The translations under genes were made by a program, and so were the position numbers. The notes beneath the pieces are model-generated. The model was not told the DNA's origin. It did no database searches and saw nothing but the letters and a program-made list of their open reading frames with translations. Of a stretch of 44,653 nucleotides of DNA, positions 36,206 to 44,580 are shown one piece after another. The stretch's first letter is position 1, and each line of letters opens with the position of its first letter. Source of the stretch: a virus (taxonomy: Duplodnaviria; Caudoviricetes); IMG/VR virus record IMGVR_UViG_3300049926_000041, positions 1 through 44,653 of that record; one strand, given 5' to 3'.

Positions 36206-36484
36206 ATGACATTTGAGCCACCGAGGTTTGGTGACTTCCTTACCGTGATCGGTTTCGTAATCGTAGGTCTTGGAATTATTTGGGCAATGAAAGGAGAGCT
36301 TAAAATGCTTTCCAGAGATGTTCAGGCACAAGGCGTCAAGATCGATAAGCTGGAGGAAATCCTCACGGTGCAGGCTGTGCAGAACGAGCGGCTGAACATG
36401 CTCGATCGCAGGCTAAATGAACTCGCGCATGGAAAGGGATTCGTGATCCATCGGGAGTTTCCGGAAGACAAGAGGAAGGCTTAG
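36206..36484 (+). CDS. N-terminal TM plus coiled-coil protein
   Basis: FLTVIGFVIVGLGIIWAM followed by heptads. Confidence 0.65.
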   Translation: MTFEPPRFGDFLTVIGFVIVGLGIIWAMKGELKMLSRDVQAQGVKIDKLEEILTVQAVQNERLNMLDRRLNELAHGKGFVIHREFPEDKRKA

Positions 36485-36490
36485 GCGCTG

Positions 36491-37045
36491 ATGGCGGACA
36501 GTGCAGGTTTCGACAAGAACCTACCCATCGTTAAAACGAACCCTGACCCTACGGAAGCCGTCAAAGAGGCCTTGACGCTCGCCATCAAGAACCTGAGCGA
36601 GAAAATAACCGGTCAGTTCGATGCGAACAGCAAAGCGGTTGTTCTGGCCCGTGACGAGTTAGCAGCTCAGTTATCCGCCATGGTCATAAGCAGCGATGGC
36701 AAGTTTGCTGCAAACAAGGATCTGGTCGACCAATTGGCAAAAGCGAACGCTGTGGCGCTGACCGCTGCATTGAACACCCAGAAGGAGAGCGCTGCCAAAA
36801 GTGAGAGTGCAACTGATGACAAGATCAAGCAGTTGCAGACGGCGCAGGACGCAGCGAACAAGACTACGAACGAGAAGATCGATCGGCTGACTTCCAGAAT
36901 GGATACGGGAGAGGGCCGAGGATTCGGGACTACTGAAAGCAAGCAGGATAGGTCGACCGATAAAGGGCAGATGCTGACGATCATAACAATTGGCATTGCC
37001 TTGGCTGCTTTAGTGCTCGCGTTGATGGGTCATATTAAACCTTAA
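36491..37045 (+). CDS. Coiled-coil protein with C-terminal TM anchor
   Basis: Heptad pattern; MLTIITIGIALAALVLALM. Confidence 0.65.
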   Translation: MADSAGFDKNLPIVKTNPDPTEAVKEALTLAIKNLSEKITGQFDANSKAVVLARDELAAQLSAMVISSDGKFAANKDLVDQLAKANAVALTAALNTQKESAAKSESATDDKIKQLQTAQDAANKTTNEKIDRLTSRMDTGEGRGFGTTESKQDRSTDKGQMLTIITIGIALAALVLALMGHIKP

Positions 37046-37056
37046 AGGAGAGTCCG

Positions 37057-37233
37057 ATGGGCGCAAATATCTGGTTTTGGCTGATCTACGTGATCGTTGG
37101 CATCTTCGGCGTATGGGGTATCGGCCCGTGGCGAACGCAGTCGGGCCCGTATGAGACGTTCGGGAGCTGGCTTGTTCTGTTCATTCTTGTGGGCATTCTC
37201 GGGCTGCATGCTTTCGGGAGTCCCATTCGTTGA
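37057..37233 (+). CDS. 58-aa two-TM membrane protein
   Basis: Translated by hand (MGANIWFWLIYVIVGIFGVW...); AAGGAG RBS. Confidence 0.65.
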   Translation: MGANIWFWLIYVIVGIFGVWGIGPWRTQSGPYETFGSWLVLFILVGILGLHAFGSPIR

Positions 37234-37388
37234 CGCGGGCTCGCCGGTCGAGGAGCAGCAGATTGATTACGGCCGAACGCCAAGCATCTGCCGGGGATGT
37301 TGAGACATGATTTACAATCGAAACGTTGCTGTTGGAATCGTGGCGGTGGCCGTGATCGTCATCGCCATTTTATTGATGGTGGCTCCCA

Positions 37389-37619
37389 ATGGCTGACTAT
37401 TCCAAGCAGATGGCCGACCTGGCGAACGCGGCGCTGATCTGCGAGCAGCACGCGATCATCAGGCCGGTCAACGGTGTGCAGCCAGAATATCCGCGATGGC
37501 CGGAAGCTTGGAAGTCCTGCGAGGTCGTCTGGCGCTGGTTTCTCGAATCCAAAACGATCACGCCGGACGACAAGGATGATTATCAGACCGTCGCGCGTGA
37601 GGCTCGTAAGCTGCGGTGA
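37389..37619 (+). CDS. Hypothetical protein
   Basis: ORF track; preceded by a 29-aa hydrophobic ORF at 37307-37396. Confidence 0.5.
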   Translation: MADYSKQMADLANAALICEQHAIIRPVNGVQPEYPRWPEAWKSCEVVWRWFLESKTITPDDKDDYQTVAREARKLR

Positions 37620-37672
37620 GCTATCATCGCGTTCACTTTCACCGTCACCAGTACCGGGAGGAAAAACCCGCA

Positions 37673-38035
37673 ATGCGTATCTTCGCTCAGCACCATCACA
37701 ATCACCCAAATCCGTGGGATCAGGCTCCCCCATGGGCTATCGAACTAGGTTTTATGGTGAGCCTCGTAATCCAAAACACGGAGAGTATAATGATTGATCT
37801 GTCTGCACTGCAAAGCGTTGCTACCCGCCTCGACGCCAGCGACACTGCCGAACTGGCTTTGCTTCAAAGCATCAAGGATCAGAACGTGGATCTGGCTGCA
37901 CAGCTTGCTGCCCTTCAGGCAGGCGACCCGGCCACCCAAGCAACGATCGATGCGGTAGTGAAGCAGCTTACGGATACGGCCGATAAGGTCGACGCGTCTG
38001 TTGCCGCCAATCCGAAGACTGCGAATCTGACCTGA
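37673..38035 (+). CDS. Hypothetical protein (second in-frame start at 37790)
   Basis: GGAGG RBS before 37673; GGAG before 37790. Confidence 0.6.
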   Translation: MRIFAQHHHNHPNPWDQAPPWAIELGFMVSLVIQNTESIMIDLSALQSVATRLDASDTAELALLQSIKDQNVDLAAQLAALQAGDPATQATIDAVVKQLTDTADKVDASVAANPKTANLT

Positions 38036-38123
38036 ACCCGTGCCGGACGGATTCCGGCTTCCTCCCAGACTTGCCCGGCGCTTAACGGCGTCGGGTCTTT
38101 AATCCGCGCCGGACGGAATCCGG
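38035..38123 (+). repeat. Two 23-bp direct repeats (each a CCGGA/TCCGG hairpin) flanking a terminator-like hairpin
   Basis: AACCCGTGCCGGACGGATTCCGG and AATCCGCGCCGGACGGAATCCGG; CCCGGCGC/GCGTCGGG + TCTTT. Confidence 0.75.
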
Positions 38124-38146
38124 TATCCCGTAAAGGAAGAACCACC

Positions 38147-38482
38147 ATGTCGAACGAAGCTGCTATTGAGAAAGAAATTCAGTCCAAGGGCCTCAATGCC
38201 CCGCGACTGACACCCGATCATATCGATGCGCAAATCGTCGCTGAGAATTGGGGCCGCGCATCGGATATGTTTGCCGGCGCACCGACGACCGAGGCCATGA
38301 AGTGTCTGACCATCTGCGTTCTGACGCTGAAAAATGGCTTCACGATTGTTGGCAAGAGCGCGTGCGCCAGTCCCGAGAATTACGATGCTGAGCTTGGCGG
38401 CAAGATCGCGCGGGACGATGCCCGTAAGCAAATATGGGCACTGGAAGGCTATCTCCTGCGGTCGAAACTAGCTGCCGCGTGA
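38147..38482 (+). CDS. Gp49-family phage protein
   Basis: KGLNAPRLTP, LTICVLTLKNGFTIVGKSACASPENYDAELG, IWALEGYLL. Confidence 0.85.
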   Translation: MSNEAAIEKEIQSKGLNAPRLTPDHIDAQIVAENWGRASDMFAGAPTTEAMKCLTICVLTLKNGFTIVGKSACASPENYDAELGGKIARDDARKQIWALEGYLLRSKLAAA

Positions 38483-38545
38483 ACCACGAACTGCTCTGGG
38501 CCGCTGCGTATTTGATTGTTGTAGCGGCCCTTGCAGGCTTGGTGG

Positions 38546-38806
38546 TTAGTGGTGAGTTCTTCCGGGAGCGCCGTATTTCTCGTCAAGTGCATCGTCTGTA
38601 CCGCCATGGCGCCACGCATCGATGCGTTCACTCCATGCAATTTGGCAGTTCTCGCAGCTTGACCCGTAATAGTGACGTTCTTCAGCCGTTAGGATCGCTC
38701 CGCAACCGGGTACAGGATCTTGGCCTTGGCAGACCAAGTTCGCGTCTGCACTGCAATAGGTGCTTCGCTCCGTCAAACTAGCTCCACACTTCTTACAATC
38801 GAACAT
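38546..38806 (-). CDS. Cys-rich hypothetical protein
   Basis: ORF track; RBS lies in the boundary repeat. Confidence 0.6.
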   Translation of the reverse strand: MFDCKKCGASLTERSTYCSADANLVCQGQDPVPGCGAILTAEERHYYGSSCENCQIAWSERIDAWRHGGTDDALDEKYGAPGRTHH

Positions 38807-39029
38807 TCAATTTTCCTTGCAGGCTTGGTGGTGATGACGGAATGGTTGTGGGAAACACGAGCCGCCAAGTAAATCTTGGGACATCGTCGATGCAAAGCTC
38901 AGTCCTGTCAGGATGCTCATGTATCGAAAAGCGTTCGATCTCGACGCCGCAATCTCGGTATCGATTGATGGCAGCCTCTAACTCGCGGGCGCGACTTTCG
39001 GAAGCAGCCTTCACATATTCGCCGATCAT
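38793..39029 (-). CDS. Hypothetical protein (MIGEYVKAASE...)
   Basis: Internal start just after a boundary repeat. Confidence 0.6.
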   Translation of the reverse strand: MIGEYVKAASESRARELEAAINRYRDCGVEIERFSIHEHPDRTELCIDDVPRFTWRLVFPTTIPSSPPSLQGKLNVRL

Positions 39030-39043
39030 GTTTGCAGCCTTGG

Positions 39044-39283
39044 TTATTGCTGAGGAGTGGTGGGAGGCGCGGCATGCTTGATCGGTTCCCACGTCTTATC
39101 TCGAACTGCAAGCAATGCCTTCGCCAACGGTCTCAGATAACTGTCGCGGCCAGTGGCCTGTTTTTCAACTTCAGTCCAGTCAATTTTGACGTGACCGCCG
39201 TCCACGTCCATCGATACCAGAATGTTCGATGGTGTCGCCGACATGATGGCGCCGCTGCTTATCGTTGCTGGTAATTCAGCCAT
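39044..39283 (-). CDS. Hypothetical protein ending AAPPTTPQQ
   Basis: AAGGAG RBS. Confidence 0.6.
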   Translation of the reverse strand: MAELPATISSGAIMSATPSNILVSMDVDGGHVKIDWTEVEKQATGRDSYLRPLAKALLAVRDKTWEPIKHAAPPTTPQQ

Positions 39284-39330
39284 TGATCTCAACTCTCCTT
39301 GCATTGGTATAACATGAACCACATCCCATA

Positions 39331-39486
39331 TTACGGTAAATGCGGTGAGGAAGTTCTTATGGTTTTTGGCATGGCCTTCAGAACTTTAGCCGCAACCTCT
39401 TTTACAATTGAATCCGCCAGCAGTGGGTAAATGCTGCGAACAAACTGCTCTGCTCGCTCCACTGCTTCTGTTGTAGGCTTGCTCAT
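39331..39486 (-). CDS. 51-aa hypothetical protein (MSKPTTEAVERAE...)
   Basis: Translated by hand; AAGGGA RBS. Confidence 0.5.
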   Translation of the reverse strand: MSKPTTEAVERAEQFVRSIYPLLADSIVKEVAAKVLKAMPKTIRTSSPHLP

Positions 39487-39644
39487 CTCATCGTCCCTTT
39501 TGTGGAAACACTCATGACCCGCAACCCCATCCCAGTCCGCATCTTCCGAGGCATCCTCATTGCCCTGGCCTACTTCCCCGGGCTCCCTCTATTCGTCCTG
39601 ATGTACGGGGCGGGAGCGCTGGCGGATCGGTTGGTGGTAGAAGA

Positions 39645-40004
39645 TTATTTGGCATCACGCACGAATCCGGCGACGCAATCCACATCGCCAGCACCGAGCG
39701 TTCGGCCGACAACCCAAGTGTCACCCTCGCGTCGGAAATCACCGGGGCGCACATCGTACATAAAAGATGTGCTGCGCGCGTTTGCTGGGTCAAAGTCAGG
39801 CGGCATGGTCCCGATCCGCCGGCCGTATTGAATGACCGGGAGCCGTTCGGTCGGCACGAATTGCTCAAGATCATGGGCTCGCATCAGCGCTGCAAGGCCA
39901 TATTCCCCGATTGCGCGGGCGTCGAATGTTGCCCATCTGCCGTCCGGCAACTCATACGTGACCGTGCCCCGCATTTCGTCTGCCATGCTCTCTAGTCGCT
40001 TCAT
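39645..40004 (-). CDS. Hypothetical protein
   Basis: ORF track. Confidence 0.6.
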   Translation of the reverse strand: MKRLESMADEMRGTVTYELPDGRWATFDARAIGEYGLAALMRAHDLEQFVPTERLPVIQYGRRIGTMPPDFDPANARSTSFMYDVRPGDFRREGDTWVVGRTLGAGDVDCVAGFVRDAK

Positions 40005-40019
40005 CTTTCGGTTCCCTGG

Positions 40020-40232
40020 TTATTGCGGAGGAGTGGTGGGAGGCGCGGCATCCGGCTTTCTGTTCATGATACGGAAAACCTCATTGAGCCGATCAGTATA
40101 GGCTCTGGTCATAGCCCGGCCATGCTCGTCATTGCCGCAATCGGTATCGAACGAGGCAATGGCCACCCGGATAGCCATAGCCTGAGCGTCTGTAAGCCGA
40201 ACACCATTGATTATGATTTCAGGTTCGTCCAT
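40020..40232 (-). CDS. Hypothetical protein ending AAPPTTPPQ
   Basis: MDEPEIIINGVRLT; GAGGG RBS. Confidence 0.65.
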   Translation of the reverse strand: MDEPEIIINGVRLTDAQAMAIRVAIASFDTDCGNDEHGRAMTRAYTDRLNEVFRIMNRKPDAAPPTTPPQ

Positions 40233-40233
40233 A

Positions 40234-40401
40234 TCAATCCCTCTTGCAGATTTGGTGAGCGGTGGTTCGCTCGTCGCTAGTATCCCTGACTGGAATTGGC
40301 GACATCGGGCAATCAAGATAGCAGCATTCGCTTTCCGGCTCATCATCAGGGTAGATATAGCAGCCGCAAATGTCGCACCACTTCCGTTCGCCTGAGATCA
40401 T
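40234..40401 (-). CDS. 55-aa Cys-rich protein (MISGERKWCDICGC...)
   Basis: Translated by hand; GGAGGG RBS. Confidence 0.5.
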   Translation of the reverse strand: MISGERKWCDICGCYIYPDDEPESECCYLDCPMSPIPVRDTSDERTTAHQICKRD

Positions 40402-40504
40402 CTCTCATCCCTCCACGGCCTAGCCGCTTGTTGCCGGTTCCATGACGCACACACTCCAGGGACGATTTGGATAGTACAACTTTGATGCTGCCATTCTCAT
40501 TTCC

Positions 40505-40711
40505 TCAGCGGCTAAGTTCGAGCGTTGCGCGGCCAGCGTCGGTGATTTCGTATTCGCCGAATCCATTGGGGGTAACGAATCCCTTGATCTGCAAGTTCTT
40601 CATGCAGCGCTCCCACACGCAGCGGCCGTAGCCGCGAGGGCCGCTCCATTTGATCTGACCGAGCGCATTCGTGCGTCGCAGCCATTTATCCTGAGCTGGC
40701 GTTAGTTTCAT
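40505..40711 (-). CDS. Small winged-helix-like protein
   Basis: MKLTPAQ...YEITDAGRATL. Confidence 0.6.
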   Translation of the reverse strand: MKLTPAQDKWLRRTNALGQIKWSGPRGYGRCVWERCMKNLQIKGFVTPNGFGEYEITDAGRATLELSR

Positions 40712-40935
40712 TTCGCGCCTGAGTTGTCAGTCAGTTCTGCTTCAGCGGCATCAAGGTAACTCTGGATTTCCTTGATGTCGCTTAAGGTGATCTCGTGACT
40801 CTTAATCGTGCGGCCGGTACCGTCATATTTAGGACCACAAATTCTATAGCCAGACCCCCGATAGTTCAGCGCAAGCTGAATCTGACCACGCGAATTTTCA
40901 TCGATCGAAAAATATACCGCTTTCGGTTCTTTCAT
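40708..40935 (-). CDS. Hypothetical protein
   Basis: ORF track; coupled. Confidence 0.6.
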   Translation of the reverse strand: MKEPKAVYFSIDENSRGQIQLALNYRGSGYRICGPKYDGTGRTIKSHEITLSDIKEIQSYLDAAEAELTDNSGAK

Positions 40936-40975
40936 TTTCCGCCTCGTTTTCCTTCTTGGAACTTAGCCAACAGCG

Positions 40976-41200
40976 TTAGTGATGAAGCTCAGTCAACGCT
41001 ATAACGCCTCGGGCCATTTCGATGCCACGCGCTTGCTCGTCTTTGGTAAGCCATTGCAGAAGACCACGGCGCGCTCGATGGACGCGCTTGTCGTCGGTCT
41101 CGACCTCCCAAAGCAGCCCGTAGCAGGTTGCTATCGCGTCCTTGAGGGCTTCCGACATCTGTTCCGGCTCTAAGCGACGGCCTAGGCTGTCATGGGTCAT
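40976..41200 (-). CDS. Hypothetical protein (MTHDSLGRR...)
   Basis: AAGGA RBS. Confidence 0.55.
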   Translation of the reverse strand: MTHDSLGRRLEPEQMSEALKDAIATCYGLLWEVETDDKRVHRARRGLLQWLTKDEQARGIEMARGVIALTELHH

Positions 41201-41255
41201 GGCATAATCCTTTCGCACGGGTAGACGGAGGACAGGTGGAGGGGCTGGCGGCGGG

Positions 41256-41666
41256 TCATGGCAGCACCGACTCGCGGATTTGCGACTTGACCCATCTACG
41301 GACACGGACCCAGCGCGCGAGTGGACTTTCGTTTCGGTAATACTCATCGTTCTCGTAAACGATCTCGCGAGCCATACAGGTCGCCACCCCGAACTTTCCG
41401 GCAACCGTCTCAGCATCTTCCGGGTCGATGCCACTCATATCGATGCCACGGGCGTTGCCGACAGCGCCGATCGCGCACACGGCGCCGCCCCGCTCCAGAT
41501 CGCCTGATATCAGCATCGGCTGTGGCAACGCATCAAGAGCTGCCAGCATTTCCCGGAAGAATGCTTGACCGCGCTTGCCCTTGAAAGCGCTCTTGACCGC
41601 GCCGCGATACATAATCATCTGCCACTGATCATCGCAGCAATCGTCTGAATATCCTGACCGGCTCAT
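41256..41666 (-). CDS. Phage hypothetical protein (MSRSGYSDD...)
   Basis: RGQAFFREMLAALDALP, CAIGA, EIVYEND. Confidence 0.7.
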   Translation of the reverse strand: MSRSGYSDDCCDDQWQMIMYRGAVKSAFKGKRGQAFFREMLAALDALPQPMLISGDLERGGAVCAIGAVGNARGIDMSGIDPEDAETVAGKFGVATCMAREIVYENDEYYRNESPLARWVRVRRWVKSQIRESVLP

Positions 41667-41687
41667 GTTTTCCAAATCCTGTTTCGT

Positions 41688-42347
41688 TCACGGGGTTATG
41701 AGCGGGCGCTTTCGACGGCGGGGACGCTCAGCGGCGGCCTTAATTCTTTGAAAACCAGCATCCTCGGGGTCATAGCTGGCCGCGCCCCATGGGTCGATTA
41801 CTCGCATGATATCGACACGAGACTCCCAGCAGGCCCGTTCATTCTCCTGGTAGAACTCGAACGCCGCCTTTGTCGCGTCGTCCTGATACCGGGTTTGGTT
41901 TTGGTCCTGCGCCTCCTTGACCGAGGCCCAACGGCGGGGGCGCTCTTGGAGAAGTTCCAAGAAGGTGGAGATTTCTTGGCCCGCGGCTACGGCCTTAACC
42001 ACCTTTTGCGCGATGAACGGATGGCAGTTCACCCATTCCCCGCCAACCTTCCATGGTTCCAGCAGGCGCAGTGCGGCGCCTTCGACCGCTAACGCGCTGA
42101 TCTCCACGGGCTTTAAGCTGAAAACGAGTTTCAGTTTATCGGGCGTTGAGACCTGAAGGCCTGATAGGCGGCGGCGGACGGATTTGCTAATCCCCACCTT
42201 GCAAAAATGCTGGTCGCCCCGCTGGATGACATATACGTAGCGAGCATTCGCCTCGTAGACCTGAGGGGAAATGCGAGGCTTCCTCCGAATAGGCTTGGTT
42301 GGTAACCCTGAGGTAACGCTACCCTCGTATGTTCTTTGTGTGTTCAT
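41688..42347 (-). CDS. GIY-YIG nuclease (T5orf172/MUG113-like); true start may lie downstream
   Basis: YVYVI..CKVGIS..RRLSGLQ..P, E, GEW. Confidence 0.75.
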   Translation of the reverse strand: MNTQRTYEGSVTSGLPTKPIRRKPRISPQVYEANARYVYVIQRGDQHFCKVGISKSVRRRLSGLQVSTPDKLKLVFSLKPVEISALAVEGAALRLLEPWKVGGEWVNCHPFIAQKVVKAVAAGQEISTFLELLQERPRRWASVKEAQDQNQTRYQDDATKAAFEFYQENERACWESRVDIMRVIDPWGAASYDPEDAGFQRIKAAAERPRRRKRPLITP

Positions 42348-42480
42348 GGACTTTTCTCATCGTCGGCATAGAAATATCAATGGTTTAGCTAGTGCGTCTA
42401 AAATCCAGCATTACAGACGCTAGCATGATTTGTCTGCATTCCATAAGGGTTTCTTGTTTCGTGGTAACCCTACAGGTAAT
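42300..42480. other. Candidate attP: arm-type repeats, IHF site and inverted core
   Basis: TGGTAACCCT..AGGTAA at 42300 and 42462; IHF site at 42375-42387; core GCGTCTAAAAT-CCAGC-ATTACAGACGC at 42394-42420. Confidence 0.6.
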
Positions 42481-43482
42481 TTAACGGGTCTCCGAAACGT
42501 CCTTCTGCCAGTCCGGATGATGATGTCCGTAGCGCTTCGTCAGCATGTCCAGCGACATCCCCAGAGCCTTGGAGGACTCCCATGGGTCCTTCCGCTGCTG
42601 CATCATGTTGGTGGCCCTGGTGTGCCTTAGAATGTGCGGAGTGACGTAAGCAGGAAGCTTGGCGCGGAGCCTGGTTTCGGTCCAAGCGCGGATCGGGTTT
42701 TTCACCCGCTTGCCCTGATAGGTGATGACGAATTCGGCTTGCTTGCCGTCCATCCGCTTCCAGCGCTTCATATGCGCCATCAGTCGCACGCCCATCCTGA
42801 CCGGAGGCGCCTTCTTGTTCTTCGGCTCGATCTCGCCCGGCGGGCGCCGCTGCATGATCTTGGTTCTGAAATCCACCATCGACCAGCGAAGCCCGCAGAT
42901 CTTCGAGCGCCGGGTTCCGGTATACCAGCCGATGATAAAAAAGCGGGCGAGGTGAGGGGTCTTGCGAGCCTTCCAGAGGAAGCGGGCGGCCTGTTCGCGC
43001 GTCATCCAATGCTCGCGATGATGTGGAGCCGGCGGCAGGATAACGACGGGGACCGCCTTCAGCGGGCCGTGCTCGGCGTGCCAGTGCTTGACCGCGGCGC
43101 CCAGGAACGCCAGTTCCCGACGTGCCGAGACAATGCCTTTCCGGTGCTTGACGTAGACTTTGCAGCTCGTCGAGTTGATTTCCGAAACGCATTTGGTTCC
43201 CCACCATCTGGTCAAATGGGCGATGTCGTAAAGTATGTGAGACTCGCTGACCTTGCCTGCCAGCTTCTCTTCTGAGTACGCACCTAGAACGTCGGATAGC
43301 AGCGGATTGGGACCGTCCCTTACTGTGTGTTTCGACGCGATGTAATCCCCAAGCGCTTCTTCCGCTCCTGCAGTTTCATCAGCACCGAAGCCTGTGCGGC
43401 TACGCTTTCGTCCGTCGATGATGGTCCACGAACCGCGCGCCTTGTCGAACCAGAGCTTTGGGCCGGAGCTTCTACGAGGCAT
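42481..43482 (-). CDS. int: Tyrosine integrase
   Basis: YTGTR, K, HILRHT, LG, Y(GH) catalytic residues. Confidence 0.93.
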   Translation of the reverse strand: MPRRSSGPKLWFDKARGSWTIIDGRKRSRTGFGADETAGAEEALGDYIASKHTVRDGPNPLLSDVLGAYSEEKLAGKVSESHILYDIAHLTRWWGTKCVSEINSTSCKVYVKHRKGIVSARRELAFLGAAVKHWHAEHGPLKAVPVVILPPAPHHREHWMTREQAARFLWKARKTPHLARFFIIGWYTGTRRSKICGLRWSMVDFRTKIMQRRPPGEIEPKNKKAPPVRMGVRLMAHMKRWKRMDGKQAEFVITYQGKRVKNPIRAWTETRLRAKLPAYVTPHILRHTRATNMMQQRKDPWESSKALGMSLDMLTKRYGHHHPDWQKDVSETR

Positions 43483-43664
43483 TTAGCGTCCATTTCCTTG
43501 AGGCGACCGAGCGTCGTCCAGTAGGTCCGCCCGATTTTCGAAACAGCAAGGTTGCCCCTGGTTACCTCGGCACGCAAGGTTGCTACCCGGCGCCGGTCTC
43601 CAAGGAATATCTCGGCGGCATGTTCTAGCGTCAAAAGCTGATCGTCAGTAAGGACTCTGCTCAT
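43320..43664 (-). CDS. xis: Excisionase-like HTH protein overlapping the int 5' end
   Basis: LLTLEHAA..VATLRAEVTRGNL..KIGRTYWTT; AAGGA RBS. Confidence 0.7.
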   Translation of the reverse strand: MSRVLTDDQLLTLEHAAEIFLGDRRRVATLRAEVTRGNLAVSKIGRTYWTTLGRLKEMDAKCLVEAPAQSSGSTRRAVRGPSSTDESVAAQASVLMKLQERKKRLGITSRRNTQ

Positions 43665-43710
43665 ATCCTTTGATCCGAAAGCTCTGCCGGCGATATGGCG
43701 TCGATTTCGA

Positions 43711-43950
43711 TCATGGCTGATCGCCTTCCTGGGCAACATCGCGGATGTGCGGTGCGTACTCAAACCAGTCGTCGCCATATTCGAAATCGGATTGAACTCC
43801 ATGCTTCTCGGCGTCGTATTGCGTCTTGACGATTAGGCCGAGCGATTCTGCTTTGTCCTGTATTGATGCCCCGTCGAGATCGCCTCCATCCCAAGGGCCT
43901 TCACGCATCGCCCACCTGAAGAATTCAAGCAAAGCTTCGTGTGCGTTCAT
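43711..43950 (-). CDS. Hypothetical protein (MNAHEALLEF...)
   Basis: ATGA coupling. Confidence 0.6.
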   Translation of the reverse strand: MNAHEALLEFFRWAMREGPWDGGDLDGASIQDKAESLGLIVKTQYDAEKHGVQSDFEYGDDWFEYAPHIRDVAQEGDQP

Positions 43951-44138
43951 GACAGCGTCCCCCACCATTTCAAAACCTCCACCGCGAGCCACGCGAACCC
44001 CGCAGCGCCAATGATCGTCACCGGCCACATGATCAGCGCCCATTCCCAAACGTCGGACTTGCGGTCTTCCTCGGGCTCGTCACCACACAATTCGCGATAG
44101 CAAGCGCAGCGCTCATCGTCGGACTTGCGGCCGGTCAT
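43947..44138 (-). CDS. Small membrane protein (MTGRKSDD...)
   Basis: C-terminal TM; coupled. Confidence 0.55.
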   Translation of the reverse strand: MTGRKSDDERCACYRELCGDEPEEDRKSDVWEWALIMWPVTIIGAAGFAWLAVEVLKWWGTLS

Positions 44139-44296
44139 TCGCCATCCATCCATTTTTTGCCGCTGCCGACCTTGCCGCAGTCGTGGCACATGCCGGAAAC
44201 ATCGTATCGAAACTTGTACTGGATATGCTTGGGCTCCCCGACGTGATAGCCGCGCCACCAGCATCTGATGCGATGGATTCGCTGTCTTATTGTCAT
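44135..44296 (-). CDS. Small C/H..CxxC protein (MTIRQRIHRIRCWWRGYH...)
   Basis: GAGG RBS; coupled. Confidence 0.55.
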   Translation of the reverse strand: MTIRQRIHRIRCWWRGYHVGEPKHIQYKFRYDVSGMCHDCGKVGSGKKWMDGE

Positions 44297-44580
44297 GGCC
44301 TCACCGCGCGGTAGCCGGGCCAAATATCGTCGGCGCTTTGCCCAGCGGCTTCATATCCAGCGATATAATTTCCCATGTCGGTCAGCGACATTGTGCCACC
44401 GCAATCGAGACAGGTTTGCTTTTCTCCAAGCTTTACGGGATGCGGTTCAAAGCGGTGACGTTTGCACGCAGCTTTCTTTGCGCTGTTTTCTTTGACAGCC
44501 TCCCAAAGGGATTTCCCATCAATATTCATATCACCCCCCCCCCCCGCACAAAGACGCTGATGCCGCCGCATGTCGATCAT
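44293..44580 (-). CDS. Hypothetical Zn-binding protein (alternative start 44529), with a G12 tract
   Basis: CKRH..CLDC; C12 run on the + strand at 44534-44545. Confidence 0.55.
   Translation of the reverse strand: MIDMRRHQRLCAGGGGDMNIDGKSLWEAVKENSAKKAACKRHRFEPHPVKLGEKQTCLDCGGTMSLTDMGNYIAGYEAAGQSADDIWPGYRAVRP

Larger units (their letters stand above)
38529..40257 (-). repeat. Gene-boundary repeats of the accessory arm
   Basis: CCTTGCAGGCTTGGTGGT at 38529 and 38815; variants at 39032, 39297 and 40243; 35-bp repeat (1 mismatch) at 39041-39075 and 40017-40051. Confidence 0.75.

Noticed and set aside
32227-38500. Diversity-generating retroelement, expected from the BPP-1-like architecture
   Set aside because: No reverse transcriptase motif (YxDD) and no TR/VR pair differing at adenines was seen.
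38529-40257. CRISPR array or integron attC array
   Set aside because: The repeats are degenerate, separated by whole genes, non-palindromic and lack attC R/L boxes; there is no cas gene and no IntI-specific insertion evident.
43320-43482. xis/int overlap as a novel dual-coding region
   Set aside because: Overlap of xis with the int 5' end is common in temperate phages.
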